The notes under the pieces were generated by a model. It ran no database searches, had not been told where the DNA came from, and was given only the letters and a program-made list of their open reading frames with translations. Shown here piece after piece: positions 27,351 to 41,374 of a DNA stretch of 64,000 nucleotides. Within the stretch, counting starts at the first letter, position 1; the number at the start of each line of letters is the position of its first letter. The DNA comes from Octopus vulgaris (lineage: Eukaryota), in contig OX597814.1 in assembly GCA_951406725.2 (NCBI GenBank), positions 65,534,001 to 65,598,000 of the forward strand, in the 5' to 3' direction. A program made the position numbers and the translations under genes.

Positions 27351-28572
27351 TACCATCTGCATAACTACGTAATTTAAAAATAAAAATAACAATAACTTAA
27401 ATTTTATAAGCCGCAAGGTATTTATCAATTAACGTCAAAGCATGGAGCTACAAAATACGCCGTGCTGGTTACGATACGGTTATAAAAAAAGACCAGAGGA
27501 TGGTTAAAAGCGTTATACTATGAACATATCAAACATTAATCACAAAAAGCTCAGGAGAATATAATTTAAAATACTAAACTAAATACATAAAAAAATATTT
27601 TGTTAGCCACCGAAACGTGGAGGGTCGACAATAGCTAAACTAGCCTGAAGTGTTTTTGCACTGTCCACCTATTACCCTCAATATTGTTATAACTGAAATT
27701 ACCCGCAAGTGAGAACATAGTGCTGGACTGGGAAAGAAATCTTCCATATGCTGTTTGAAACTTCATAATATTTTTTCGACTTGTCGTGAGATCGTGGTTA
27801 GCAGGGTATGATTTTGATGTTCTACAAAATTAAAGCTAATTTTCCTCTTCATAAAACAAATAGTGTTACTGCAGTTTATTAGTTATGTCAGTTTATTTTT
27901 AAAGAGATGTGCACAACAGTTCAGGGTAGAAGCCCGGAGATTCATTTTAAAAAGTCTTTGTCTTCGTCTTGGATTAATTTAGAGTTCGTAAACCGGAAAA
28001 TATAGAGAAACGCTCTTGAGTTAAAAACAAACTGGCTATTATATCCGGCGATTTAACAAGTCCACCTCTCAATCATTCTGTTAAGAAACACTTTATGACA
28101 TTAATGAGAGAGTAATGGAACAATTAAATGTAGTAAAAAGAAGTTCGTACGACTCCTTACTGTACAAAGGAAAACACCAATGGTTGCATGTGGATGAAGA
28201 ATTCGTAGGAGAAAATATAAGACATAGTAATTAAGTCATTTAAGAAAAATGGTATTAGTAACGCAATGGATGGGGCTGAGGATGATATTCTCTTTGATCA
28301 TAATATTAGATCTAATGATGGAATGATTGATTCGTTTACAAGTAAATATGAAAACAATGAAGATTTTGTAGGCGCAAACTAAATTCATAAATAATTTCTA
28401 CTTTGAAATGCTTTGTGTTTAAATCATATTAATTTTTAAGGTAAGAGACTGGACTTTTTTTTTTTAATTTTTCAAATACGACCAGATTTTTTTTTTTTTG
28501 GTCCAAACATTTACCTTCTAAATAAAAGTGCATCTTACACACTGACGCATCTTATATTCTGAAATATAATGC
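27351..28572 (+). mobile_element. pogo/Tigger-family DNA transposon fossil
   Basis: Remnant peptides LAIISGDLTS..PLNHSVKKHF (cf. IPGGLTS..QPLDVSVNKPFK) and IKSFKKNGISNAMDGAEDDILF. The 3' end has a repeated gcatctta motif typical of pogo subterminal repeats. The left boundary is approximate. Confidence 0.7.
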
Positions 28573-28613
28573 ATATATAGATGTGTATGTGTCTTGTGTA
28601 TATGTACGCATGC

Positions 28614-28658
<45 letters not shown>

Positions 28659-28676
28659 TACACATGTGTGTGTGCT

Positions 28677-28734
<58 letters not shown>

Positions 28735-29730
28735 CGTGCGTGCGTGTCCATGTTTGTATGCAATTCTTTCCTTCGAAAGAAGTCCATGAATATTTTTCCT
28801 ATTTTTGTATGATGCATTTCAAATGTATCATACAACCGACGTGTGGCCTAGTTTAGCTGTTACACATGTAGATAGAGATGTATAACAAAAGTAAATCAAT
28901 ATTGTTTTCTTAATTATACGGAAACTGAGAGGCAAGAAATGTTAAGTTGCACATAGACAAAGTACAATCATTGCCTAAAGTTGAATATGATACACAAATC
29001 TAGCAAGCAATAACATGTTTTGCTATTGTGATTCTTAAAGAGGACTTAATATTTTGCAGTTGAATGAACCACAGTTGGAGAGGAAGTAGTGGTGTGTTGA
29101 TTTCTACCTGGAGTTACGTGTGGGTGAGCCACATGCTTCAACATTTTCCTGTCGCTTCATAGTATTATATTATTACGGTTGAGACAGAGCCATAGGAAGT
29201 TATTCACTAAAATCTACATATGATTACTTTCTCTTCACTATATATGAAATGTTACTACTTATTTCACAATATTGCTGATACTTACCTAAAGACCCTGCAA
29301 GGATGAATGGATGAGTTCACGCACTAAGCACTATTCAATTATGACTAGTGGCAAAGGTGGGTCTCTTTTTCTAGGCTTTCTCCACTTTTCATTTTATAAC
29401 CAATACAGCGATTAGTATTTGTAGAGAATAAGATTAAATACCTTGGAGGATATCATTCTGACCGTCTGCATTCATTGTAGAGATTCATACCGCAGACGAC
29501 GTTGAAATAAATGCCATGTAATTTACATTTATTGATTAGGTCAACTATGTATGGTATTACATTTAATTATTTCTCCTCGTGTTTAAGATCATAGATTAAT
29601 AAGAAAGATGCGATAGTGGCTTCAATCGTATGCTGGATTCTTTGTCGTCTTTCTAGACCTAGACTTCACACTTTCAAGTTTCGAGGCTATGCACACGCAC
29701 ACGCGCATGCACACACACATGTGTACGTAT

Positions 29731-29767
<37 letters not shown>

Positions 29768-29872
29768 AACATATATGTGTGTGTGTTTTAAATAGTAACA
29801 TTCAAAATCCATCTTTAAATGTGTGTGTGTGTGTGTGTGTAAATTCGGTGTGTGTTAGCGTTCCATTACTTG

Positions 29873-30061
29873 ATAAATGAAAAATATATAAACAAACGAC
29901 ATAACTTATACTAAATGAAAAAACGAAGAGGAGACAAACAGTTATCGACCAATTGGTAATATTCAGTTTTGCACCTTGAAATGCTTCCCAATTATAAATA
30001 GTGGCGAAAACTACAAACATCCGTGAGAGGGTGAGAGAAAGAAAAGGGGAAAGAATGAAGG

Positions 30062-30120
<59 letters not shown>

Positions 30121-30799
30121 CACGGGTATATAAAAAAGTTAATAGAAATTCGGTGTGTGTTGCGTTCCATTCTTCTTTTCCCCTGTTCTTTCTCTCACCC
30201 TCTCACTACTATTCTAGCCTTCCTACTTACTCTTTTTCTCTCTCTATCTTTCTCTCTCTCATTTCTCCCTGTATTCCAAGCCTTTCTCTTTCCCTTTCAT
30301 CCCTTTCCTTTTTTTTTTCTCTCTCTGTCGCTCCCTTTCCCTACTGTCTTTCTCCTCTGCCTGCTACTGTCACGTGACCAGTGGCCAGTTCTCTTTTTCT
30401 TCCTGTTTTACAGTGGTTCCCAGCTGACCAGTCTCAAATTGTCTCTCTCTCCGCTCTCCCTCCTTCAAGACATTTTCTAAGCGTTACCCATTATTCTCGT
30501 CTCCTTGGTCCCAAGACCGTATTTTGTTCGACTGTTTGTTCTTGTCATCGTTCTAAAGCACACTCTGTGTCGTTTTGCTAGTTTGTTTTGTTTGCTTTTG
30601 TCCCTAAGTCTCCGCAAGAAAACTTCTGTTTGCGGGCACCGCCAACTGGGAAGCACTCAGTCTTACTATGAAAGGTGCGAAGCTGAATATTGCCAATTAG
30701 TTGATAATTGATGAAGAATTACAGACCCTCTTTTTGTCTCCAGTTCGTTTTTACATTCAATATAATTTATGTCGTTTGTTTGTACATTTTTTCATTTAT
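29873..30799. mobile_element. Old fold-back element (inverted ends ~120-155 bp) with a CT-rich interior, ending in (TA)n
   Basis: 29873-29993 is the reverse complement of 30644-30799 with indels (gggaagca...aaggtgc..a.ctgaatatt.ccaatt.gt.gataa...tatgtcgtttgttt). Confidence 0.6.
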
Positions 30800-30803
30800 A
30801 TAC

Positions 30804-30837
<34 letters not shown>

Positions 30838-33439
30838 ATGAAGCTTCATGAGGAACATGAATTTTCACATTACTGACGTATCAATACATGGAATAAGAGG
30901 AGAGGAGTTAATCAGGACCAGGCAGAAAGTTCAGAAGATTACACGGGAAACAAACTTTTTAAAGTATCTGTATCAGCTGATGCTAGGAACATGACTTACA
31001 GATAAAAAATAATGTGGAAAACTAACGGGTTTTATGCATATGCGTTCACAGAGAAGAACCCTGCAAAATATTAATTATGAGAGAGAATGAGAAAAATCAA
31101 AGTACTTTTATCTAAAACTCAATGAATTGAGAAGTGGAAAAACATGATGGTGCCTTAATTCTGGTTAATCAAAGAAAAACATAAGGAAGAGATGAACGAA
31201 GCAACCAGGGTATTCGGCAGCTCCAAGTGCAGTGCAATTTCTATTGATTGATACCTATCTAACATATGAATTTGAAATATGGACGATACATGTCAAACAA
31301 GCAAAATAACTGGTGCATTACTACTGAGACTCCTGATGGAGATGTGTGCATCAATGGAAACACAAAAGCATGAATAGTCATCGAAAAGAAAGCTAATGCC
31401 CTAAGAGAGAGGAGTTATAACTGCATTGAGATCTCCGTTTCCTGGGGTATATCACAAAACAAGGAACTCAACTCGTTTCCAAAGACCTTTCTTACACACA
31501 GCTATCTAGTGAAAGTCTGAGTAGACCGTGATAAAATACATGTAGGCATACGAATCATAAGGTGATCGAACCTTCATGACCACACTTGGACCAGGCTACT
31601 TAAGGATAGAAGTTGACGGACGACACAAATTTACTTCTTTTCTATCGCTGGCAACATTTCATATGAAAGTTAACTTCGGCTATCGACAAGTGATGTATGA
31701 ATATAACTCATTTCAATCAATTTAATCTGAGACATTATACTAAATCTGCTCATGTTCAATGTTAGTCTATATGATATAGAAAATAATTAATTAACAATAA
31801 AAAAAAACATATCAGACACTTGTAAAAATAGGTTTGAAAAGGAAGATGGATTTATTTCGTCAGCCATCTTCAACAGATAGAACAGTACTCCAGCATAGCC
31901 GCCGTCAAATGACTGATATGAGTAAAATAATTTTAAAAATAAGTGAGTACATATGACAGTTGTAATTAGTGCATAATGACTCCAGCTCATAGTTTTTGGT
32001 TGGCTACCTTTTCTAACGAATCGAGATGGGAATCGGCCGAAAAGAACAAAAAATTGTTTTGCTTTTGCTAATCTTAGTGCTAAGGTATAATTTCTTTCAT
32101 ATTTCTCAACAACGTGGTACCACTCGGCAGAAATTTTAATCTCTGTGTGTGTGAGCGCGCGCGTATATGTGTATACTTCTGTGTGTGCGCGCGCATGCTT
32201 GTGTGTGTACATGCGTGTGTATGTATGCATCTGTTGAAAATAAATAGATTAGACAGCGGAAAGAAACCGCAAATTTTTATGAGGATGTAATCAATTAAAT
32301 CGGTCTTGTATTTATCTCTACTTATTCTACTGATAAGAGACGAGACGAAACTGGTGTCGTTTGAAAACAGTATACAAAGAGGCATAAGAAAATACTCTAA
32401 GGATTATATCTTGTTTCGACCATGTCAAAGATGAAAGAAATTCAAGGAGATTGAAAATCTGAACGTCCGCTTTAGGAAGTACAAACATGAAATTTGCCTC
32501 ATTTCTCGTGTACTATATAGAAGAACGCGATTCCGAGAATTATTTTCACATATCATTTCTTGCTGATACTCTGACACAAAGCATTATTCTCATATCCAAT
32601 GTATTTTCTGGAAAGCCAAAAGAAGATTACAAGATTTATGATAGGAATTACTTTTAACGAGTTACAATCTTCTAAATAGTAAGAGGACATCATTCTTAAA
32701 ACATAGATAAATTGCTTTCCAGGAAGGAATCCGATTAAATTTTTGGAATAATCGGATAATCGACTAAAGCATATTATTCTCTCTCAGGTGCTTATCAATG
32801 TAACACCTAGAATACAAGTTGCATCTTAATTTTATAGAAATTAAAACTGATTTTCATGCGTTTTCTTCACGAAATTTGACGTAAAGTACAGCTTTCAGCC
32901 AGTTTCTCAAAATTATTTTTGTTTAGATTTTCGGTAAGATACTATAGAGAAGAGACTGCTTACCCTCACCATTTTATCTCAGACAAGGGAAATCAATAGA
33001 GTGTCATTCTAGGATGATGATTGCGAAGATAAATTCTTAAATATTGAACTGTTCCTCTATATATGTATTGATACAAGCATATATACACTTAGGAAGAAGA
33101 TAATAATGTACACCTAATACTTTGTCACTTACCAACGATAATGAAATAATGAAATAATATATAGTTACTATGAGGAATCCAGTACTGAAGAGAGGCAGCC
33201 CGAAACCAGACTGCTGTGCTCGTCCCGTCGCTAGAAGGTGATAGGGGTTCGCTCCCCAGCTCGCAATACATCAGATTCAGGTATGCACTGTTAACTAGCT
33301 AGAGGAAATGTCCTCCTGGGGTTAAAAGAATTGCGGTAAAGTCCGTTTGAACGGAACAGCCATGCTGAAGTGGCCACGAACATTACTTGCTAGTACAACT
33401 GCGATCATCTCTTAGAGAGATGATCGCTGTAGTTGATCG

Positions 33440-33489
<50 letters not shown>

Positions 33490-34269
33490 TATGATTTCAT
33501 ATGTGTTTTCTTTAAAAATCATATATTTCATCTTCGGCTGTGAAACTATACCGCAAATAGATTGCAAAGAATACAGGTACTCTAAAACTCCTTTACACTT
33601 TTATTTACTTCCTATTTTCTCCCTTTGAAATATAGTTAGGATCTACGAAGCAATGTGCGTACTACACAGCAGCATGTATGTTAATTTTGTTTCGAGATAG
33701 ATTTTTTGCCAGTTGAAAAAGAGCTGGTTTCTAACCCAAAATCAAGGTTCATTAATTGGAGGTTCAACGACATCAACTAGATATTTATGTGTATGTGTTA
33801 AGTATTTGGAGTCAGTATATGTGCAGATCTGTTTTTTTTTGTTTTGTTTTATGCATGTTTTCTCATGCATATAGTTGCATGCTTAGACGTATGTGCATGT
33901 ACTTAAAGGATAAACGATAGCTAACTTTTTATATATATTAACAATTCTATTTCTCAAGATTGAAGCTGAGACAGTTTGTTACTTATCTTATTTTCCCAAT
34001 AATTGCAGGTATAAAACTGGATTTGTAATCCGAGTAGAGTAGTTCAAAACGTCTCAGTAGGTATATATTTTCTCTTTCGCTGATCATTAGTTTTATGCTG
34101 ACATCTGTGGGGTATCTCATTTTCTCTAGAGTACATAGTTTCTCTTCTCAGTCCCAAATCACTAAGTCTGATCTATTTACATTTTATTGAGTCTTTCTTT
34201 CATATAAGTGGTATATACTTGCGTATGTATGTATACATGTATGTATGTCTATCAATCCATCTATATTAC

Positions 34270-34301
<32 letters not shown>

Positions 34302-34353
34302 AGGTTGTAAAAAACATAACTCCGAAAGAAGCACACTTTAAGATGTGGACCAG

Positions 34354-34656
34354 TATATATTGATAATGGGGAAGGCCGTTTTATGTCATTGCCTTAGGTT
34401 TCCTGTCCATAAAGGGTTTAGCATTATGGCGTATCGTCAGATCCCAAAAACTTGTAGGCCTCTGACTCCTTGATTATATTTTAAGTGGTCATGGTCTCCT
34501 TTACACGTGTTGGCCCATGCCCCCTTAAAAATATTTTCAGGGGTTATGACCCAACAGGATTTTCGGATCTGACAATACACCATAAAGCTCAACCCTCTAT
34601 GGAGTGGAAACCTAAGGTAACCCCATAAACCGGCCTACCCCATTTTTAACATGTAT
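34354..34656. mobile_element. Palindromic MITE (~300 bp)
   Basis: The whole element is an imperfect hairpin (aatggggaaggcc...ccttaggtttcc...gtcagatcc / ggatctgac...ggaaacctaagg...ggcctaccccatt) with TA-like ends. Confidence 0.7.
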
Positions 34657-34687
34657 ATATATATCTGTGTGTGTGTGTGATATAGAT

Positions 34688-34746
<59 letters not shown>

Positions 34747-35477
34747 CCAGCCACCATAGATGCGAATGGAACACCACTGTAAAATATAACCGTAGTTAAT
34801 GTTTGATTCCTAGACGGAGCATTAGCAAATAATTAAGTTTACTTCATATTTACGAAATCCAGGGTTTGATCTCACAGTACGGTAGTTTTGGACAATGTTA
34901 TTATCTTTAGCATACAGGTTGATTCATGGCTTGTAAGTGAAACTGAGTTAAGAGAAACTGTAGGAGTCCATCGGGTCGATTGTATTTGTAATTTAAATGT
35001 TCAGCGTGGCAGAAAAAGTCGCGTTCACTCCACCTGAGGATTATGTCAAAGGTCCTTTTGACATTAAGATATTCAGCAGGTAATTCAGTAGGTCGAAGAG
35101 CTGAAAACGTATGGACAGGAATTCTGACAAATATTCATTTAATAACCATAGACACCATTAGAAAGGTAGGTACAATTGAATCTGATGAACATGGATAACA
35201 CCCTATCAGGACTGCGAAATCTCTCTCAATATGTCCAATTCGAATGACTAGTCTGTAATTGATTCTCTATTATTATTATTACTTTTCTCTCTAGGTTAAT
35301 ATTCCAGCTGTCATGATTCTCTGTATATTTTCTAAATATCTGCAATGCATTAAAAACAGTTGAGTGTGATCAATGGATATTTGGCTGCTGCTTCTAGCAT
35401 GTGTAGTCACTAAATAAAGGCTGCATAGCTGGCAACTCTCACTGGGTTTGTTGTTTATATTCTTATAGATGTTAAAG

Positions 35478-35762
35478 CTGCTCCTGCTGCTGCTGTTGCT
35501 GTTGCTGCTACTTCTGTTGATGATGATGGTGATGATGATAATAACAACGACGAAGATGACGGTAATGACGATGAGGAAGATGTCTTCCGTAATTTTCTGC
35601 TAATGCAATAGTCGTTACACTAGCTGCAGTTATTGTTGCGGTTGTTCTTTCTATTCTTATCGTTGTCGATGTTATAGTTACTGCTTATGTTGTTGCTGCT
35701 GCTGTCATTTTTGTTGTTACGGGTGCTAGTGCTGGTGTAGTAGTTGTAGTAGTAGTAGTAGC

Positions 35763-35826
<64 letters not shown>

Positions 35827-36127
35827 TTGTTGTTGTTGTAGTAGTAGCAGCAGCAGCAGCAGTAGTGGTGGTGGTGATAGCAACAGCAGCAGCAGCAGTG
35901 ATGGTAGGTTTTGTTGTTGTTTTCGCTGTTGTTTTAGCAGTTTATTTCCTTGGCAGTTGCAGCTGTTGAAATTACATCATGAAGTGTCAACAAATTGAGT
36001 TATAAACATCTCCACTTTGTAGGGTGACGGTGGCGGCGGCGGCGGCGGCGGCGGCGGAGTAACCATGAGTAATAGGATGGAAGTGATGACAGTTTTTGGC
36101 AAAAAAGTGGACTTTGCACTGATGCTG

Positions 36128-36192
<65 letters not shown>

Positions 36193-36440
36193 TGTAGTGG
36201 CGACGGCAGTGACGTAGGTGTGCTGTTAGAGATTATAGTGCTGTTACTAAGATCGGTGTTGAAGTTGCTGGTATTGCTAATAGTACTAGATTAGATGATG
36301 GTGCCTGTGGTAGCGAAATTAGTAACGGTGGTAATGATAGTGGTAGTGGGGGTGTCGGCGGTGATGATGGTGATTGTGGTGGCGGCAGCAGCGGTGGTGG
36401 TTTTAGTGGTCGTTGTACTGGTGATGGTGGTGATGTATTC
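35478..36440. repeat. Compound trinucleotide low-complexity region (GCT/GAT/TAG/GTT/GGC/GGT)
   Basis: Directly visible arrays, e.g. (TAG)n at 35738-35825 and 36128-36190, (GGC)n at 36033-36057. Confidence 0.9.
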
Positions 36441-37382
36441 GCGATGATCGTGGCAGTTGAAATGCTATTGGGAATGGTACACTTGGAAGAGATACCGTTC
36501 TTTGTCATAGGTATGGTGATATCAGTGCTAATGGAGGCTGTTAGATGGAGAGAGTGCCAGCAATTTCGAGACGACGAAATGAAGAGTAATTAAGGAAAGC
36601 TATGATAGTACTGAGAATAGCACAAATCAAAGTTTTCATAGTTATTGGTGGTGATAGTTATTATTGTATTGTGGGTCGCAGAGCAGCTCTGATGGACTAA
36701 AGTATGTTTTCTCATATACAGTGAAACAGGACAATATTATCCTTGTTTAAGGTGATAGGCTTTTGAAGATTTGGTTGATGTCTTTTAGTAGATCGATCGA
36801 CTATGCAGAGTTGTGGCTGAGGTGTTCTTAACTACCAGCATGTAGGAAAAATTCATGGCTATTTTGGAAATTACAAAGTTGTAGAGAAACGAGAATTATA
36901 TAATTGCTTTCGTAACAGTTTTCTTTTTTTCTTTCTGAAGTGTCTGATTCTTGAAATAGTGATATATACCTAAGCGGCAGTGAATCTACAGTCTTAAAAG
37001 AGAACATCTTTAAAAACTATTCTCCTTCTTATATATAAATTTGTTGCCTATTCTACCTTCAGAGAATTACGTCAAAAAGTGAGAGTAATCTATATCAAGA
37101 AGGAACTATGAACAGTTTTCAGTATGGAACTAAATCAAAAACATTATCTCTAACATAATCATGCTTAGGTATTACTAGGCTGGAAACGTTTGGATAAATT
37201 TAAATGTGCTGTACTAATTTCTTGTTTCCATGTGTAAAAAAATGAATATAAGTTGATATGAACTCGTTGACCCAGCGAACGAACTACAACAGCTGCCATA
37301 CTGAGCTAAAGCAATATATCACCAAAATATTCACACTAGCACACGCGTATGTTTGCGTGTGTTAATATATATATTTATGTAC

Positions 37383-37440
<58 letters not shown>

Positions 37441-37489
37441 GCGAGTGTTTGTGTGTGTGCGTGTGTGTAGGAGGTAGAAAAGTAACACC

Positions 37490-38514
37490 CGAGTTAATAT
37501 GTATAAGGAAAATAAGACAAGGTAGAAAATGCTAAAATAATTTTATCGCGAAGAAGATTTTAGTATCGGTTTCCGTCTTTTAGACTTTTTCAAATATGAA
37601 TAAAAGAAGAAAATTAAATCGGCGAAAAAAATTAAGTGAAATGCTTTGTAAATATTTCCATAGTCTTCAAATAGTCTGCTGTCTCCTTCTCCCTTCGTTT
37701 GTGAATGCTTGGTAGGTAAGTAGTAGTAAATAGAGTCATACGACTACATGGCCTAAAGGATACACACATCAGCAGGAACTACCTACCATCGCTAATTGAT
37801 ATAGGCTTTCAACGTGCCCTGCAACGCAACATCCACGAACTCAGACGCCCCAAGCTAAAGAATGAATTACAATCAAAAGCCCCACCATGCACATCTACGC
37901 AAAATCCCCTAAAATGAGACCTTCGACACCATCACCAAGAACATCCCTTTACTAAAAAAGTGTCTATAGAATGGATCAAATCCTCCAAACGCACACCATC
38001 ATAAGGAGCAAAAGACAGCTCAAGTCAATGAAAAGTCTTCTAACACAAGCCCAGGTACACACGTCAACAACATCGAAACTGACAGTAAAAATATGCGGTA
38101 GACCTAACTGTGGTATAATCGTCAAACTAATTGAGAGATCGGAATTTATCCTTCAAACAGAATCAACGTTTTACAGTGAAAAACAACTTCACACGTGCTT
38201 CGGCAAACCTAATATATGTATTAACTTGCTCAGGGTGTCGAGAACAATATATCGGTCAAACTAAAAACAATTTACATCAGAGGATGACGGTACATAAATC
38301 CCAGATTAAAATACGAGAATACAGAAAAATCGGATTAAGCGAGCACATTGATATTTGGGCCACTAATGAACAACCCAGCTCGAGAATTTTTCCCCTCTAG
38401 AAAGTTGTTTTACTTATTTCACTCTTAGTTACAAAAGTCTAAAAGACGTAAATCGGTACTAAACTGTACTTCGTAATAAAATTATTTTAGTATTTTCTGC
38501 CTTGCCTTATTTTC

Positions 38515-38520
<6 letters not shown>
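37490..38520 (+). mobile_element. 5'-truncated Penelope-like element (GIY-YIG remnant) with an inverted terminal copy
   Basis: NNFTRASANLIYVLTCSGCREQYIGQTKNNLHQRMTVHKSQI (ORF 38131-38400), preceded by CGRPNC. 37503-37590 is an inverted copy of 38433-38520. Ends in (TA)n. Confidence 0.85.
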
Positions 38521-38594
<74 letters not shown>

Positions 38595-38602
38595 AATATA
38601 TA

Positions 38603-39425
38603 CAGGATGCGGTGTATAAATTATCGTCTAAATTACGCGAAAATGAAAATACCACTGACATTTCATTTTTACAGATTTATTTACCAAAATTACATAAACA
38701 CATCTTGAAATACTAAAGAGTAAATTTATTCAATAAAACCCTCCAGACGACTTCGGAATCTCTTGTAACTGGTCTAAACGGTCTCTTTGTTTAAGTTGGT
38801 GAATGCTGCCATAATCCTTGCCGTAAGTTCATCTTTGGTGTTACAAGGCATTTTGTTGGTCTCTCGCTCAACTGCGCCCCATGCATAATAATCAAGGGGG
38901 TTGCAATCTGAAGAGTTAGGTGGCCAGATGTTAGAAAGGGTGTGGTCGCAGAAATTATCTGACAGACATGACTGAGCTCTCCTGCTTGTAAGGCATGGTG
39001 CAGAGTCCTGTTCTCACACATATCTTCTCCCAACAGCCACCCTCTTGACGCAGGGAAGTACTACCTCCTCCAGGCACTTGACATATGCCCCCGTGTGGGA
39101 AAGTGAATGGTAGCATAACGTCGCCACCACTAGTGATCACTCCAAATACCATGGTATTGAGTGGAAGTTTGATTTCTATCACTCTCAGTACATGTTTTGG
39201 GGACACGGCAAGTCAACGGTTGTTCTGAGTGTTCACCATCTGATTCTGGGAGAAAATTTTCTCGAATGAGAAAAACCAAAGGATGTTCTATTGACGGGGA
39301 TACTTGAGTTTTTTCGAAAGCTTCGTAATGCGGTCTTTCCTCTTGTCCTTGATGGCTTAGGATAAAAATTTACCCTTTCTCATCTTGTATGAGAAATACC
39401 TAATGTCTTCATGCACTACCTGCCG
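38603..39425 (-). mobile_element. maT/DD37D-like Tc1/mariner fragment, same family as 5595-6280
   Basis: Reverse-complement homology to 5800-6280, minus-strand motif WPPNSSDCNPLDYYAWGAVERET, and the terminal repeat caggatgcggtgtataaattatcg after TA. Confidence 0.8.
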
Positions 39426-39889
39426 AATGTTCAATTAATTACAATTCATTCATCCACTATAGGCTCAAGGCTCGAAATTTAGGGAGATGGAACCTAACTG
39501 ATTAAATTGAGTCCAGTGCTCAACTGGTACTTATCTTATTCTCTTAAAGGTTTTCCAAATGGCAAAAAATAAAATAAAATAAAATAAAATAAAAACAGAA
39601 CATCAGAAACGAATGTAAGTTATGCAAGTTCCAAACTGAAAATTTTGGCCGCATTGTTGCCAACTGCGCACAAACGATAACATCAAAATCTCTGCTTAGA
39701 AATCATATCGCCTTATTCACAGTTGTAGAGAATAAAAGAAAAAAGAATATATCTTTAAAACATCCATTCAGCCTGATGGAAGAAAACAATTTGGTTAGAA
39801 AAATTGCAACAAAACTTTTATTATTGTAGAATTCAGTTGTCCACAAGCGATTTTTGCAATAAATACAGAGAAGATATCGTTATATTAAT

Positions 39890-40010
39890 AATCCGTTCTA
39901 CTAAAGGGACAATGCTTGAAATTTGGTGGCAGGGTATTAGTCCATTACACTGGTACTTAATTCATCGACCCTGAAGGGATGAAATGCAAAGTCGACCCCG
40001 GCGGAATTAT
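39890..40010 (-). mobile_element. SINE fragment (Nin-domain-like); a second piece lies at ~39455-39540
   Basis: ctggtacttaattcatcgaccctgaagggatgaaatgcaaagtcgaccccggcggaatt. The minus strand resembles the Nin-type GGGTCGAT.AA.TAAGTACCAG motif. Confidence 0.5.
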
Positions 40011-40510
40011 CGCTGTATTAATAATGATTGTTTGACACATTCAGTAGCTATCTATACGCAGCTATATATTCTTTATGAACTAAAGAACACAATTTTTGCC
40101 ACCCTTCCTGAATCCAAGCACACATGTCCTTGAATTATCGGAGAGAGGGTGTGACTTCATAATAATGGTGGGATAACCATTCTATGGGATAACGAATTCT
40201 ACGAGACTTTCTAAATATTTAAATGTGAATGGTTATGCAAAAGTTGCTGAAGACTATGTTTGTCTTAGATTTTTTATGAGGTGCCAGTAACAGGCAATCA
40301 GTTAAAGTAAACACTAAAACTTAAAACAGAAAGCGGACTCTCATACACACATACATGCATGTATACAAATATACATAAACACATAGACACATATATATGT
40401 ATGTAGTGTGTGTGGTGAGTGCACACACGCATACCATATATATATATACTTATTAACTCATATATATACCCTATTACATACATACACATATTCATGCACA
40501 TGTTTATATA

Positions 40511-41374
40511 TGGTTTGATCAATAAGTATCCGGACTGTTATTATAGTAACGACGCTAAAGCATGGAGAGTGAAACCGCTTGCAACAGATTGACCTTGAAA
40601 TATGTTGTGCATGCGCACTAAGGTGTAACGTTCTAGCTCAATTCCGCTGTTTACAGCAGTGCTTGGAAGGAAGGTGTGTAGCGTATGAGCGTCGCATATT
40701 GACCATGGTAGAGAAAGTTAAGAAGAGGATCTGCTTTAAATTTTGCCAAGGACTACGCACATTTTCTAAAAGTTTTCATTGTTCCTGACACAATCAAATA
40801 GATTTGTGCAACTGAAACTCGAGCGTCTTTTTGGTCAGCTGAAATCAGTTTTGGCACAAACCTGGCAGACGCGCGCCTCATACTCATGTCTTCAGGGATA
40901 ATGAACTGAACTGAATCGTAACTAGTCAGCACATCTACTGACGATTCACGGATGGGGATTCGACGATCTCCCCTCACATCGTCACGCACATCTGCAATGT
41001 TTTTCTTAGTTCTTCCGGTTGCGTGTATCCCAGAACGTTCGTCAGTATCGACATTTTTTCGGTTATCGTAGAAACTTGTGTACCACTCGTACACTTGTGT
41101 GCGGCTCATACACTCTTCTCCATACATTTTCTGCAACTTTGCGTAGGCCTCTGGGCAGGTATCTTTCTCTGTCCTATCTCGGAGAGATAACTTTCTCTGT
41201 CATAGTCAATGCGACGATCACATGCTACACACATTTCTTCCAAGCACTACAGTAAACGTTAAAATATCGGTCAAGTTTAGTGCGCATGCACAGCAGAGTT
41301 CAATGTGAATCTTTGCCAAGCGTGCTTTATCTTCGTTACTATGGCAACAGTCCGGATACTTATTGACTAGACTT
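40511..41374. mobile_element. Mariner-derived element made of two 5' ends in inverted orientation
   Basis: TIR tcaataagtatccggactg at both ends. Left arm 40511-40752 ends in MVEKVKKRICFKFCQ. The right arm (minus) encodes KMYGEECMSRTQVYEW...DRRIPIRE...SARFVPKLIS. No DDD catalytic region. Confidence 0.85.

Noticed and set aside
36233-36508. Pro/Ser-rich minus-strand ORF as a possible Lhx2/9 exon
   Set aside because: It lies in degenerate trinucleotide sequence, has no homology signal and would interrupt the homeodomain.
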